The notes below the pieces were generated by a model. The model was not told where the DNA came from, ran no database searches, and saw only the letters and a list, made by a program, of their open reading frames with translations. Shown in pieces: positions 52,079-63,423 of a stretch of DNA of 64,000 nucleotides. Origin of the DNA: Neodothiora populina (Eukaryota); NCBI RefSeq assembly GCF_041146345.1, contig NW_027191404.1:1736001-1800000 (forward strand), read 5' to 3'. The translations under genes and the position numbers were made by a program. Position 1 is the first letter of the stretch; each line of letters begins with the position of its first letter.

Positions 52079-53136
52079 TTAAGCAGAGGTCTCGAAAGCG
52101 TCGGGGAAACGACGGACGTTGTACTCGAGGGGTCCCTTGTTGCGGAGGAACTGGACGTAGGCACCGTCGACACGGACGCGGCCCTCCTGGCGCTTGGCGA
52201 CGTACTCCTCACGGCGAAGAGGGGTGAAACCCCAGTTCTTGGAAATGATGATCTTTTGGCGACCAGGGAACTTGTACTGGGAGCGGCGGAGAGCCTCGAG
52301 GGCGGTGGCCTTGTCTGCAAGCGGCGGATCAGTCTCTGCCGTCAACTACATCATTTGGAGCGGTATAACTTACTGGAGTCACGGGTGCGGACGGACAGGA
52401 GGACCTGGCCAATGTTGACACGGGCAACGAGACCGTTGGGCTTTCCGAAAGCACCACGCATACCGGTTTGCAGTCTATCGGCACCAGCGCAAGACAACAT
52501 CTTGTTGATACGGACGACGTGGTAAGGGTGGGCACGGACACGGAGATGGAAAGACTCCTTTCCTCCGACCTTGACGAGGTACCTTTTGTGCTTGTCAGTC
52601 TCTGGCTTTCGTCTCTTTCTAGGGTGGCGCAGGCTCACTTGTTGGCGCAAATACGGGCGGCTTCGAGAGCCTCAGAGCTCAACTGCTCGTACTCGTTGGA
52701 GACGAGATGGATGCAGAGGGGGAACTCATCGACGTTGGCGCGCTTACGGCCAAGATCGAAGATTCTGATCTTTGCATCGGGCACACCGCGGTTGAATCTG
52801 CTCTTGGGGTAGGGCTTGTTCCTTTGCGAGAGAATCAATGTTAGTCAGGTCCGAGTAGTCATTTGTCGAAGTCTCTCATGGAACGCTTTTGGACTCTGGA
52901 GAAGTCCGTTTCGCTTCGAGCTGTTTCGGAGGGAAAAGGTGTTTTCTTACTTGCAGTAGCTAGAGAAATGTTAGTAGAGGCTCAGATGTGATTTCGAGGA
53001 GGTTTGCGTAGCAGAAGGCTCGAAACTCGGACTGTGACGCTGTTTCAAGCGCAAACCGCATCTACAGTCCAAACAACTCCTCTGCTTCGTCCAGGATGAT
53101 AACATACCGGTAGCAACGAGCTGGACGACGGGCCAT
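52079..53136 (-). CDS. RPL10: 60S ribosomal protein uL16 (L10/QM)
   Basis: Exons 53136-53108, 52959-52951 (9 nt), 52821-52639, 52582-52374 and 52314-52079 give [28 protein letters not shown]...[25 protein letters not shown]...YKFPGRQKI. Confidence 0.97.
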
Positions 53137-53667
53137 TTTGTCGGTTTGTCGGGGTTGTCGATGGGTGTCGTTGGGTGGTGGTGACGAATTCCAAGTGAAA
53201 TCGGCGTCGTCAAAATTGACAGGATGTCGTGGGGGATTTCTGATTGCAAATCACAAGTCACGTGCCGAAGTCTTGGCGCCGCCACCTCTCGGTGCATCAC
53301 TTTACAGTGGGCAGCCTGCTTGATTTATCATGATGGATTTCCAAGCAAGGTGGCTGCCCTGAAATTATGACATGCACCATGTCGGCTGTATGACATCTGC
53401 GTTCATCAGGTATAGCCGACCACTCACATGCGACTGTGTCCGTCTACTATATTCGTACGGCTTATTCACAAACGGGAATGCTCCAGACTGCGCCAGCATA
53501 CATTGCGACTATATCACTTGTCGAAGATTGTCACATCACAGCTTGATCTACACAAGAAAGAAGAAAGAAAAGTTTCAGGCGAGTTGGCAAAATGGGGTAT
53601 CTTTTTATTTTTGAAGTCTACCTTCACACTATCACCAACCCGTCCGGCGTCACACTGAGCGATTGAC

Positions 53668-54183
53668 CTAAGCAGTGGACTGGGAGAGGATGTCGGAGTC
53701 ACCAGCATCAATGATGGCCATGGTGGAGCAACGGAAGAGCTTACCGCAGGCGGTACCGAGCTCAATCTACAACATATGTGGTCAGCCAAAGGTGTGCTCT
53801 CCAAAGCCCGGGCTGAGGCTTCTTCGCAGAGCGAGTAAGTAGCCCTACTCGCCCGGAGGCCAGTCGCTGGGCTATATTCAAAATGGGGTCTTACGTTGTT
53901 GCCGTTGAAGTGGTGGACGGCAGTCTTGGCGAGCATGGAGTAGTACTCGAGCTCAGACTTGCGGAGAGGAGGGGTGTTGCCAGCAATGATGATGAGCTTG
54001 GCCTTGCCGCTACGGAGAGACTTGAGGGTAGACTTGTATCCGAGGGTGACTGTGCTATGTGTCAACGACTTGGGCGCTTCGCGAGATGTGCGATTATCCA
54101 GCTTTCGTACCCTTTCCGGACTTCATAACAAGCGCGAGGCGCGAGTTGATGGAGTCGGAGGTCTTGGTCTTCTTGGGGGCCAT
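53668..54183 (-). CDS. RPL30: 60S ribosomal protein eL30
   Basis: Exons 54183-54111, 54049-53895 and 53766-53668 give [66 protein letters not shown]...[32 protein letters not shown]. Confidence 0.97.
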
Positions 54184-54234
54184 CTCTGCGGTAATTGACT
54201 TGAGTGCTGGGTCGTAGTGGGTTCCGCTCCGGTC
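54178..54234 (-). promoter_or_regulatory. L30e-binding kink-turn in the RPL30 mRNA leader, overlapping the AUG
   Basis: The minus strand reads GACCGGAGCGG (54234-54224) ... CCGCAGAGAUGGCC (54191-54178). This matches the S. cerevisiae RPL30 autoregulatory element GACCGGAGUG...CGCAGAGAUGGUC. Confidence 0.85.
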
Positions 54235-55039
54235 TGTCGTTGCTGAAGATGGGAAACAAAAGAAAGTCTTGAGAGGAAAGTGTTGATGAAGATTCAATGT
54301 GTGGAGTGGAAGTCTGTGCGCCCGAACCCGCCTCAAGCGAAAAGAAACCGCAGGGTAAAAAGCTTGGCAGGTCCCGATCGTCCATGGAAACCTAAAGGAG
54401 AGCGAACCCCTTTAGGGTTTGGCATAAAATAAATGGATTAACGAACAATCACCGCTTCACCGACAATACGATAACAACAACCGCGAGACATGCCGTGAGC
54501 ATGAAGAGACTCGGTGAGGCTTGACTGAAGACTCAAGGTCTATGGGAGGCCACTAGATTGGAGTTATAGATACCTTAGAGACTTGTATGGTGGAAGCTGT
54601 ACAAGTACAGTAGATGCGAAGCCTGACTTGAGGCTCTTTTAAACGAAACAATATCTCACCTTTATTGAGTATCAACAATACTTTACTGCAGTAATCCAGC
54701 TGTGTGATTGTTCTCTACTTACTCTACCGTATCTCTTCTGGTACATGGCCTAGCTACTTACAGTACACGCACATGCTCAGAAGCTCGGTGCATCTGCTCT
54801 TAGCTCACCCTTGGTCGTTGGCTCCCGTCAGATAATAACAATAATAATAACAATAATCTTTAAGAGGGTAGTACCGAAACATAAACTCCACTACCGGCCC
54901 CTCGCAATCATACGAGGTTTCACTCTGTCAGATCCCGAGTGCAGTCCATGTTACCCCTCGCTGTCACTGTCAACATGCACCTTACTCGATAGTGATAGAC
55001 TAATATTACCACTACCGCTTTACCATTACCACTATCGCC

Positions 55040-55080
55040 TTACCACCACCACCACCACCACCACCACCACCACCACCCAC
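55040..55080. repeat. (ACC)n microsatellite upstream of the coiled-coil gene
   Basis: About 11 ACC units. An (ATA/ACA)n tract lies at 54832-54857. Confidence 0.9.
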
Positions 55081-55341
55081 TACCCACTACCGCCGCGCCC
55101 AGAACGTGTCAGCTTGACGTGGCAGTGGTGTCTGTCTTCAGCCTTGATTCTCACCTCACCTCTACTCCTGCCGTCTCTGCCTGAGGTGTTGTACATTGCT
55201 GTTGTTGTCTCCGTTCGAGAATCATAAGTGTGCCGCCAACATTGTTGTCTCCACTCATTCGCTACCTACGAGTATTATAATTCCAGGAGTATTGATCAAC
55301 AACAACGTTAACAAGGTCATTCAATTCGTCTCTCTCCTGTC

Positions 55342-57516
55342 ATGTCGACACCCACGAAGGCTTCCACGCCAACGTCTGGCGCGAATCGTCGTCCACCCCT
55401 TGCTCCTACAAAAGCCTCTAGCACACCGCCGAGAACACCGTCTCGGCTGACGACTCCCACTGCTGCAAGTTCTGCTGCAAACACCTCGGCCAAGGCTCGA
55501 ACCGTCCGAACTGGGGCAGGTGCAGGTGCAGGTACGGGCACGACGACCCCTGCACCTTCTGCTCGTGCGGCTGCTCGAAAGTCGGTGTCTCACATATCCA
55601 AGACAGCAGGCCCAGATGCCCAGGCAGAGAGTGATGCAAGGGCAGAGGCTGCCGCTGCCTTTGAGGATCTGCGTGAACGTCTTCAGAAGGCAGAAGCTGC
55701 CGCCGAGGAACACATGAAGCAGGCCGCTACCCTGCAGGCTCGTCTGGACGATGCCACGAAGGAGCAAAGCAAGTTGGAAGAGTCCGTCCACGAGCAGCAA
55801 GAGCGAATGGAGGAGCTGGAGAATGAGAAAAAAGAGAGCGTCAGGAAGCGGCGTGAGATCGAGAACATCTATGAGACCGAGTCGGCTGCCGCCATAAAGG
55901 AACGCGAAGAAGCACAGGCTCGAGAGGAGGAACTTCGCAACACTGTCCAGAGACTGAAGGAGACTCTTGCTCAGAAGGACCAGCGCGTCGAGGAAGAAAA
56001 GAGACCCGACACGTCCAGATCCTGTATGCAACTTACCTCTCTTCTCCACGCGCAGGGCTGTGGACAGTCTGCTCTACCGTAGCACAACGCTGACTCTTTG
56101 TTTCTAGCAAGCTTCCGAAGCAACGCTTCTCCCCGTCCGGACGCCTCTCAATTCGCCCCTCCCTCATCCCTGGAGCGTAGTGATTCCCGCAGCTCTTCCA
56201 GACTTCTGTTGCAGAAAGACAAGATCATCGAGTCTCTCAGGCTCGAGCTTGCCGAAATCCAGATAAAAATTGCAGAGCTAGAGAACATGGGAGGAGGACG
56301 AGTGCACGAACTGGAAAAGGCATTGTTGGAGGCAAAGGTGGCCAACGGCAGACTGATGGAAGACAACGAGAGCTTTCAGCTGCTCCTCGCTGAAAAGACA
56401 CTACACGGTGATTTGCCTGCTTTTCTCAAACCTCCTTCTGATTACGGCTCTCGTCCACCCTCGCGGGACCGACCCACCACATCCACTCTGGCTGACGAGC
56501 TTAACGACGATGCTTCCATGATCTCCCGCGTACCCTCGCAATCCGGTGAGATTGATCCCGCCGAGCACCGACGACTGCTTTCTGAATTATCTACCCTCAA
56601 GGACCAAAACAAGGCTCTCAACTTGTACATCACCAACATTATCTCTCGCCTGCTGCAGCACAAGGAGTTCGAAAACATCCTCGACCGCACGCCTAACGCA
56701 AACCCTGCCCCGGCGGCGCCAAAGGAACAGTCTGCGACTCCTGCGGATGTCGACAAAGACCTGCCCCCTCCACCGCCGCCAAAGGATGCGCCTGCTCCGT
56801 CTTTCCTGCAGAGGGCCACATCCGTAGTGCGTGGAAGGCCACGCCCAGCACCCCTGGATGAATCATCCTCACAACAGCAAGACAAGTTCGTGCCCCCGAC
56901 ACCGGGAGTGACCGAAGATCCGGCGACCGCACCTAGAGTACCGCTGGGACGACCGCTGGGAACGCGCCAATTGAGCGGTGGCCACCGTCGTGCCAACTCG
57001 GAATGGACACACGCAAGTGTAGTGAGCAACATGTACCGAGGACCATCTCCCGGCTCAGGCCAGAGAAGCCCGGGAGTCGCACCCCAGAGAGCCAGCACAT
57101 TCTTCGGGCCAAACCACCCAGCTGCAGTCGCCAGAATGCCATCTACAGGCTCGGTGCCACGTTTCACAGAGACCATAAGCGAGAGCCGACGAGCCAGTAT
57201 GCAGCAGGCTCCCACCCCACCGTCTGGTTCCAACCGAGACAGCAAGATAGGAAGCAGCCGCAACAGTATTATCAGCGACTCGGGCATCGACGCCGGCAAC
57301 GATCCCTCCCCGCCCCCTAGCACCACCAGTGGATCAGACAAGCCATCTGGCGCCATCATCGGCGGTAACAAGATGCGTCCGCTGCGTCTCGTGCAAGAAG
57401 CCAATGAGGAACAGGAGGCGCAAAAGAAGGCCAATAGAAGTAGCTGGATGGGCTGGTTCAACAAAGGCGCCAACGCTCCCAAACCTGGTGTCATAGAACC
57501 TCCTCTCAAGGAATAG
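55342..57516 (+). CDS. Coiled-coil protein of unknown function (M-protein-repeat-like), with a possible FIP-RBD-like motif
   Basis: Exons 55342-56023 and 56108-57516 join in frame (T|CA). Basic S/T/P-rich N-terminus, long E/K/Q/R heptad region, KDKIIESLRLELAE...LMEDNESFQLLL, and C-terminal MRPLRLV...NRSSWMGWF. Confidence 0.85.
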
Positions 57517-59183
57517 AGCTAACCGCATGTGGTCCCCTTTTGTTCACTCACTTCCTTACTAACGACCTCCCCCGCTGTTCTCGACTTAGATGACCTGTTT
57601 ATTGTTGTTGGCTGTCGCCTTTTCTGTTTGTTGGGGAAAAGAGGCCCGCGATGCAATTTGTACAAGTCATATACCCCTTCCCACGTCCTCTTACCGATTT
57701 CCCTCTGATCTTGTAAGATGTATGCCATCCATATGTATATAGATGACGCAAGCAGCCCCCGACCTGTACGGATATTCAATCACGCACTAGACCGCCTATA
57801 ATGGAAGTCATGCATTCATGAACTATCTGAGCCCTCACTGAGAACCTTCCCCGTTGCCTACACATATGTGAATACACTCGCCGCCGAGTCGTTACCACAC
57901 CTCATCGACTCAACAACAACGAGCCGTGTCTTCCAGAATCATCATCACTCCCGGCCGCCCACGGCGATAAGAAAAGGCTCTACTCAAAGTAAAACTTAAC
58001 GACATGAACATCACAGCTTCTCACGTATAACTTCGACCCCCCAAGTCAACACTGCGTAGGTGACCAGTTCACTACAGTGAAGGACAGGTAGGTTACAGCA
58101 AGTGGACTAATAAACATGAATTTGTTCCATCTCCTCCATCCCAGCCTCAATCAAGTTTCTGTCACCAATCCAAGATCAGAGATGATGATAAAAGTGAAGA
58201 TACCTATGTAGGTCAGCAATTCTTCCGGCAGTGGCGTACTGTAGTCGGATTCCGTCTGCTCTATGGAGGCAGGCACAGGGGACAATTTGTCAATATGAAA
58301 ACGTATCTCACAGCATCAGGCACCGCGCCAGAAGACGAGCCCTGGACCCGGTGGCATACAAGGAGCCCACTCCCCCGCTTCGTGCGCCTCTCCTTCGAGA
58401 GAGGTTGGCATGTCTCATCCAAGGGTCTGCTTTGCTAGAGCCTTATACCCTCCGCTGGCGTAGCTAGCTCGGTCCGAGCTCGGTTTTTGCTGCTCGAGAC
58501 TATCTTCACAATCATTTTTCACGTATGTAGCTATGCCGCTACGGATAGTTACTTTAAGCATATCCTTCCTTAACCCCGAGACGCCGCCCTCCTCGAACCC
58601 CTCTGTTCTCACCTCACTAACCTCGAGCAGGTCCGTGGCAACCTTACTCTCTCCCCCGCCCAGGCGAACGCTGTGGCCGCCTTACGCCCGAGGAAGAGCA
58701 AGAGTAGGAGCGCAGGCTGACACAGGAACTGATATCTCGAAATATGACATCTCCCTCATAATAGGCTGAGAAGCAAGGCATGATGTATTATGATACCCAC
58801 GTACAGTCTATGAGATGCTGATCTGGAGCGTGTGCCTGCCTGTTGCTTGTTCGGTCTGGCCATAAGTTCACCGTAGGTGGGGTTCGTGTACCATTCAGGT
58901 ACTTTCAATGTGGCGAAGGTAAAGCACATGTCCTCTAGAATGGCTATAGCACCGTCTTCGTCGACCGTTACCAAGCGCTATGAACAGAGGAAGGATACGG
59001 TATGCAAAGGAACTCGTACTGAGTCATCAACCCTAGCCATTGAGGTGTCATGGAAGACTCAACGACCATTGACCGGGGAGTCATTAATTAAAATTGCGCT
59101 CCTTTGCACACAACTCGGTATCATGTTAGACTCACCAAGAAGATATATAAATGATTCCAGATATCCAGCATACATGAATAACA

Positions 59184-59269
59184 GCCCTCTTAGCTCAGTT
59201 GGTAGAGCGCGGCACTAGTATCACTGCTATGCAATGCCGAGGTCGCCAGTTCGACTCTGTCAGAGGGCA
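59184..59269 (+). tRNA. tRNA-Thr(AGT) with a 13-nt intron (59221-59233)
   Basis: Acceptor stem GCCCTCT/AGAGGGC; D arm GCTC-AGTTGGTA-GAGC; anticodon stem CGGCA/TGCCG with CT-AGT-A; T loop TTCGACT; mature length 73 nt; T5 Pol III terminator at 59277-59281. Confidence 0.95.
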
Positions 59270-59601
59270 TCTCAACTTTTTGTCTGTTAGGACCCCTCCG
59301 TCCACTATAGTCACATAATCGTTTTTTATGTGTCTGGATGGTTCATTGCGTCGCATTTCTTCGTTTTGGACATGTCAGTGCTGTTTGCAAGATCGATGTG
59401 TTCAAGTTCTCTTTCTTAGGTGGTGGTCCAAAGATTGGTTACTTCTTTCACTGCTTCTACACATTCTTACCACTATGCTTCACAATACTGTCATGTAAGT
59501 AGGATAGAAGTGCTTGCAGATGAGAATACACTCGATTGACAATGAATTCTCGAACTGTCTACAACTGTTTCTCTTATGCTGGAACGCCATCTAGTCTACC
59601 A

Positions 59602-62600
59602 CTAACCCAAGTAACCATGAGCAGATAGCCATTCCCTGATGATGTCAAGATCGTTCTCTCTGTACCTCGCACTTCCCTTGATAGTGTCACCGACGACTGC
59701 GAGTCCACGATCGTAACCGGTATTGTCCTTGTCGCCGAAGAATGCCTCAATGTCCTTTTCCACCTCGTAGCTGGCGAACTTGTTCAAGCTCATGCGTAGG
59801 TATCTCTCGAGCACAACCATGTTGCCGCCCAGTCTCTCGCGAAGCATTGGCCAGTTCGACTTGATAAATTCCCACACGACAGGCCTTACCTTTGAGTTGA
59901 GTGCGACGGCACGAGCAGGGCTGTGGACATCCTGAGTGGCAACAGCGCCTGAGAGAGACCATTCGAGATACTCCTTGGCAAGCTCTTTGTCTTGGACCCT
60001 GCCCATTGCTTGCAAAGCGATTTCTTTGCTGTCCACAGACGAGCCGTGCAGGTATTCGTTCTTGACGGCTTCGTAGGCTTCTTTGCCGCTCTCCTTGACA
60101 GCGATCTTGAACGTTGGGAGACGGAGAGACGGATGGATTGCTTTCTTGTCGCCGTCCTTTGTGTAGGCCGCAAATCGCTTCTTAGCCTCGTCAATGACGC
60201 CTTGATGACCTGCCATGCCAGCAGATGTAATAAGAAGAGCTCGGAGCTGACCAGTAAGGAAGTCGTCCTTGGCGTCGAACTCCCAACCAATCTTGTCAGT
60301 TGCATCGGAGACAAGCTTCAGCACAAAGCGGCGCAGACCCTCGGAGACTTGCGCATCCTCGGAGAAAATAGAGCGCACATTGCCCAAGCTGGAGAGCACC
60401 TCAGACCATACGAGGTAGTTCGTCTCCTTGTTGAACCCTTCCAGGAAGCTGAGGACACCAGCTGTTGTTGCATCACCAGACACAGCCAAAGCAGCAGCAT
60501 CACCGATCAAACCGATCTTGTCCTGGACAGACAGCTTGTCAAGCTGGCCACCGAGGGAGGTCAGGCGCGCTGGTGGCAAGTTTGTACGGTAGAAGCCAGT
60601 CTGATCAGCATTGAGCTTATAGAACTCAACGTCGCTGCCCACGGCCTTGAGAGTCTCCTGCTTGCCCTCCAGAGAAACATGGGTGACATCAGTAGCTTGC
60701 GAACCTGCCTTCAGTCCAAGAGGGATCCACCACGTGGTCTCGTCCTCTTCAGGCTTTACGTTACCACCACTGAGGAAGCGCGATTGCTTGACTCCTATTT
60801 GTCCAGGCTCTTCGGCAACAGTGACGACGGGAAAGCCAATCTTCTTGATCCAAGGATTCATGAAAGTGTCAACGTCCTTGCCAGAGGCCTCGCTCAGAGC
60901 AAACCACAAATCGGTCGTCTTTGCGTTGCTGTATTTGTGTGCTTTCAGGTAGTTAGATACACCCAGGAGGAAGGTCTCAACGCCAAGATGAGCGGCAAGC
61001 ATGCGGATAACAGAACTGCCCTTGAGGTAGCTGATGTGGTCAAAGATCTGGTCAACCTCGAGGGCATTCTTCACAGGAACCTCGATAGGGTGGGACGTTC
61101 TGAGTGAATCAAGTTGGAAAGCCATTTGCATGGAGTCGGTAACAAACTGGCCCCAAACGTCCCAATCTGTTTTTGTTTGTTAGAATTGCTTATCGCAAGC
61201 ATCTTGATAGTGACATACCGGGGTGCAGATGATCGACGGCAAACCAGCCAACCCAGGTAGCGAAACCCTCGTTAAGCCAGAGCTACTACATGTCAGTGTC
61301 TGTTTCGCTACTTGTATGAAGACCACAATCGTACCTCATTCCACCAGTCCATTGTCACGAGGTTGCCGAACCACTGATGAGCCAGCTCGTGGGCCACCAC
61401 GTAGACAACACGGTTTTTGTACTTCTGATCCGAGGCCTTCTCATCGAAAAGGACGGCAGTTGTTCTACAAGCAAGCGGTTAGTGCCGGTGAATGCGCGAG
61501 GCGATGCACGGAAGACTCACCTGTACGTAATGAGACCCCAGTTCTCCATAGCGCCGTGAGACTAGAAATGTCAGCAGAAGAACACACACAAATGGCGGAG
61601 GAGAGACATATGATAGCCTTGCCGGGTCAGAACGAGTTCGACATGGGCAGAAGACTTGAGCAGGAGGAAACGTAAGACTCACAAATTCATGAACAGCCAG
61701 CAGATCAACCTTTGGCAGAGGATAGTCGATGCGGAAAATCTCCGAGAAGTAGTCGACGACCTGGTGTGCGCTCTCCAATGCAAGCATGCCCTGGTCCTTG
61801 AGACCCTTGGTGGTGTATACTCGCACTGGCAGACTCTTGCCATTGTACTTTCTTCTCGTGAAATCCTCCACGTACTCGAAGTCGCCGAATGCCCAGGCAA
61901 GCAAGTAGGTACTCATGACCGGTGTCTTGTCGAAGCTGACGACCTTGGTACCAGCCTTCTTGCCCTTCTTGACCTCTTTCTCCGGCATGTTGGACAGAGC
62001 GACCTGATCCTCGGGAATCTCAATCTCAAAATCAAAAGTGGCCTTGAGGTTGGGCTCGTCGAAACAAGGGAAAGCGCGGCGGGCATCCGATGACTCAAAT
62101 TGTGTGGAAAGCATGTAGTGGTACTCGGAGTCTCTAGGCACAGAGGCAGCGGCGGGAGCAGCAGGCTTGTACTTGGAGCGGTAGAAACCAGCCATGTCAT
62201 TGTTCATGACACCGCTGAAGCTGATAGAAAGCACAGCTTTATGCGATTGGGGAATCTCCTGGTCGAAAGTGAAGGTGGTGCGCTGGTTCTTCTCATCGTA
62301 GCTGATGTTACTAGCCCTGACGGCTTCCTGTGTCTTTCCCTGGCTGGTGCTGATCTCGGCGCCATGGATCTTGAGCTGGTGTGTATTGAGGACAGCTTCA
62401 CTGGTGTTTTCCTTGATCTCGACCTCGATGTCGACTTTGCCTTGATAGGTCCATGATTCGAATTCGAGATCGAAAAGGGAGAGGTTGTAGTTTATAGGCT
62501 TGAGACTATGGATCATCAGTCTCAATGGACTCGTCTATAGGCCCGAGTGATAGACCTACGTGTTGGGAAGAACATCTCTGTCCGACATGGTTTTGATAAG

Positions 62601-62891
62601 AGAGCTAGAAGCACTACTTGAGCAGTGCCTGATGGAGGTAGTTCTGGTGAATTCAGAGCTTGCTGGAGAGCAAGGAGGCAAGAATCGACTCTTGAGCTCT
62701 GTGGAATAAGCACGAGATGACTTCTTAGATTGACTCGATGGTGTCGCAAAAGATGAATGAGTAACAATTTGGGAAAAGTCACTGCTGGACAGACAGCGAA
62801 ACGATTGCTTGAAATCGCTCCTGCCTGTCCTGGATGCCCCTCCCCCGCATTGACGCAGCCCTTGCCTAATGAGGGAGGTATTGACCCTCAT
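59602..62891 (-). CDS. APE2: M1-family zinc aminopeptidase (Ape2-like), with an optional N-terminal extension
   Basis: MSDRDVLP (ATG 62588); [46 protein letters not shown]...[21 protein letters not shown]1-type C-terminal domain. Five introns. An upstream in-frame ATG lies at 62891. Confidence 0.95.
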
Positions 62892-63423
62892 TTGAGGCAG
62901 CTACCAATTGTCAAACACGACACCTTGTGGTTCGATCTCCGCTATAGAACCAGCGTGAATTCTTTAGCTCAACTCGAGCACTTCTACACACTGGTGTGAG
63001 CGGCTACAGTCGGCGTAGGCCACTAATCTGCGAAGCCCTAAAGTATGGGGTGATCATCTTCAGAACTACCAGTCAGACAACCAGAGGCCCATTCGGACAA
63101 GGTCGTAATTAGAGAGGATCTGTCAATCAACCTCTCTCGTACAAGTCATCTTGCGTGGACGTCGATGAAGGGATTGGACGTTTGACACAGCACCGCAGGG
63201 AGAAAGGTTGCTGCAATTTTGGTTTGTCTACTCGTCCTAAATCGTGTGTCACGAATAAATCCTGAACCCCTTATATCCATGCTGTTCCGGTCCATCGTGA
63301 AGTCCAAATGTATGAAACCGCCAACTCCAATAGATGCTTCGTTGCAGAAAAGGCGCATTGCATGTTCTTCCTGGAAATAATACAAACTTGATCATATCTA
63401 CCTTCTATCTTTATTGCACTTCA

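Noticed and set aside
56442..57509. 355-codon antisense ORF
   Set aside because: A shadow of the codon-biased sense CDS. The same applies to 59992-61107, 2241-2789 and 27521-28096.
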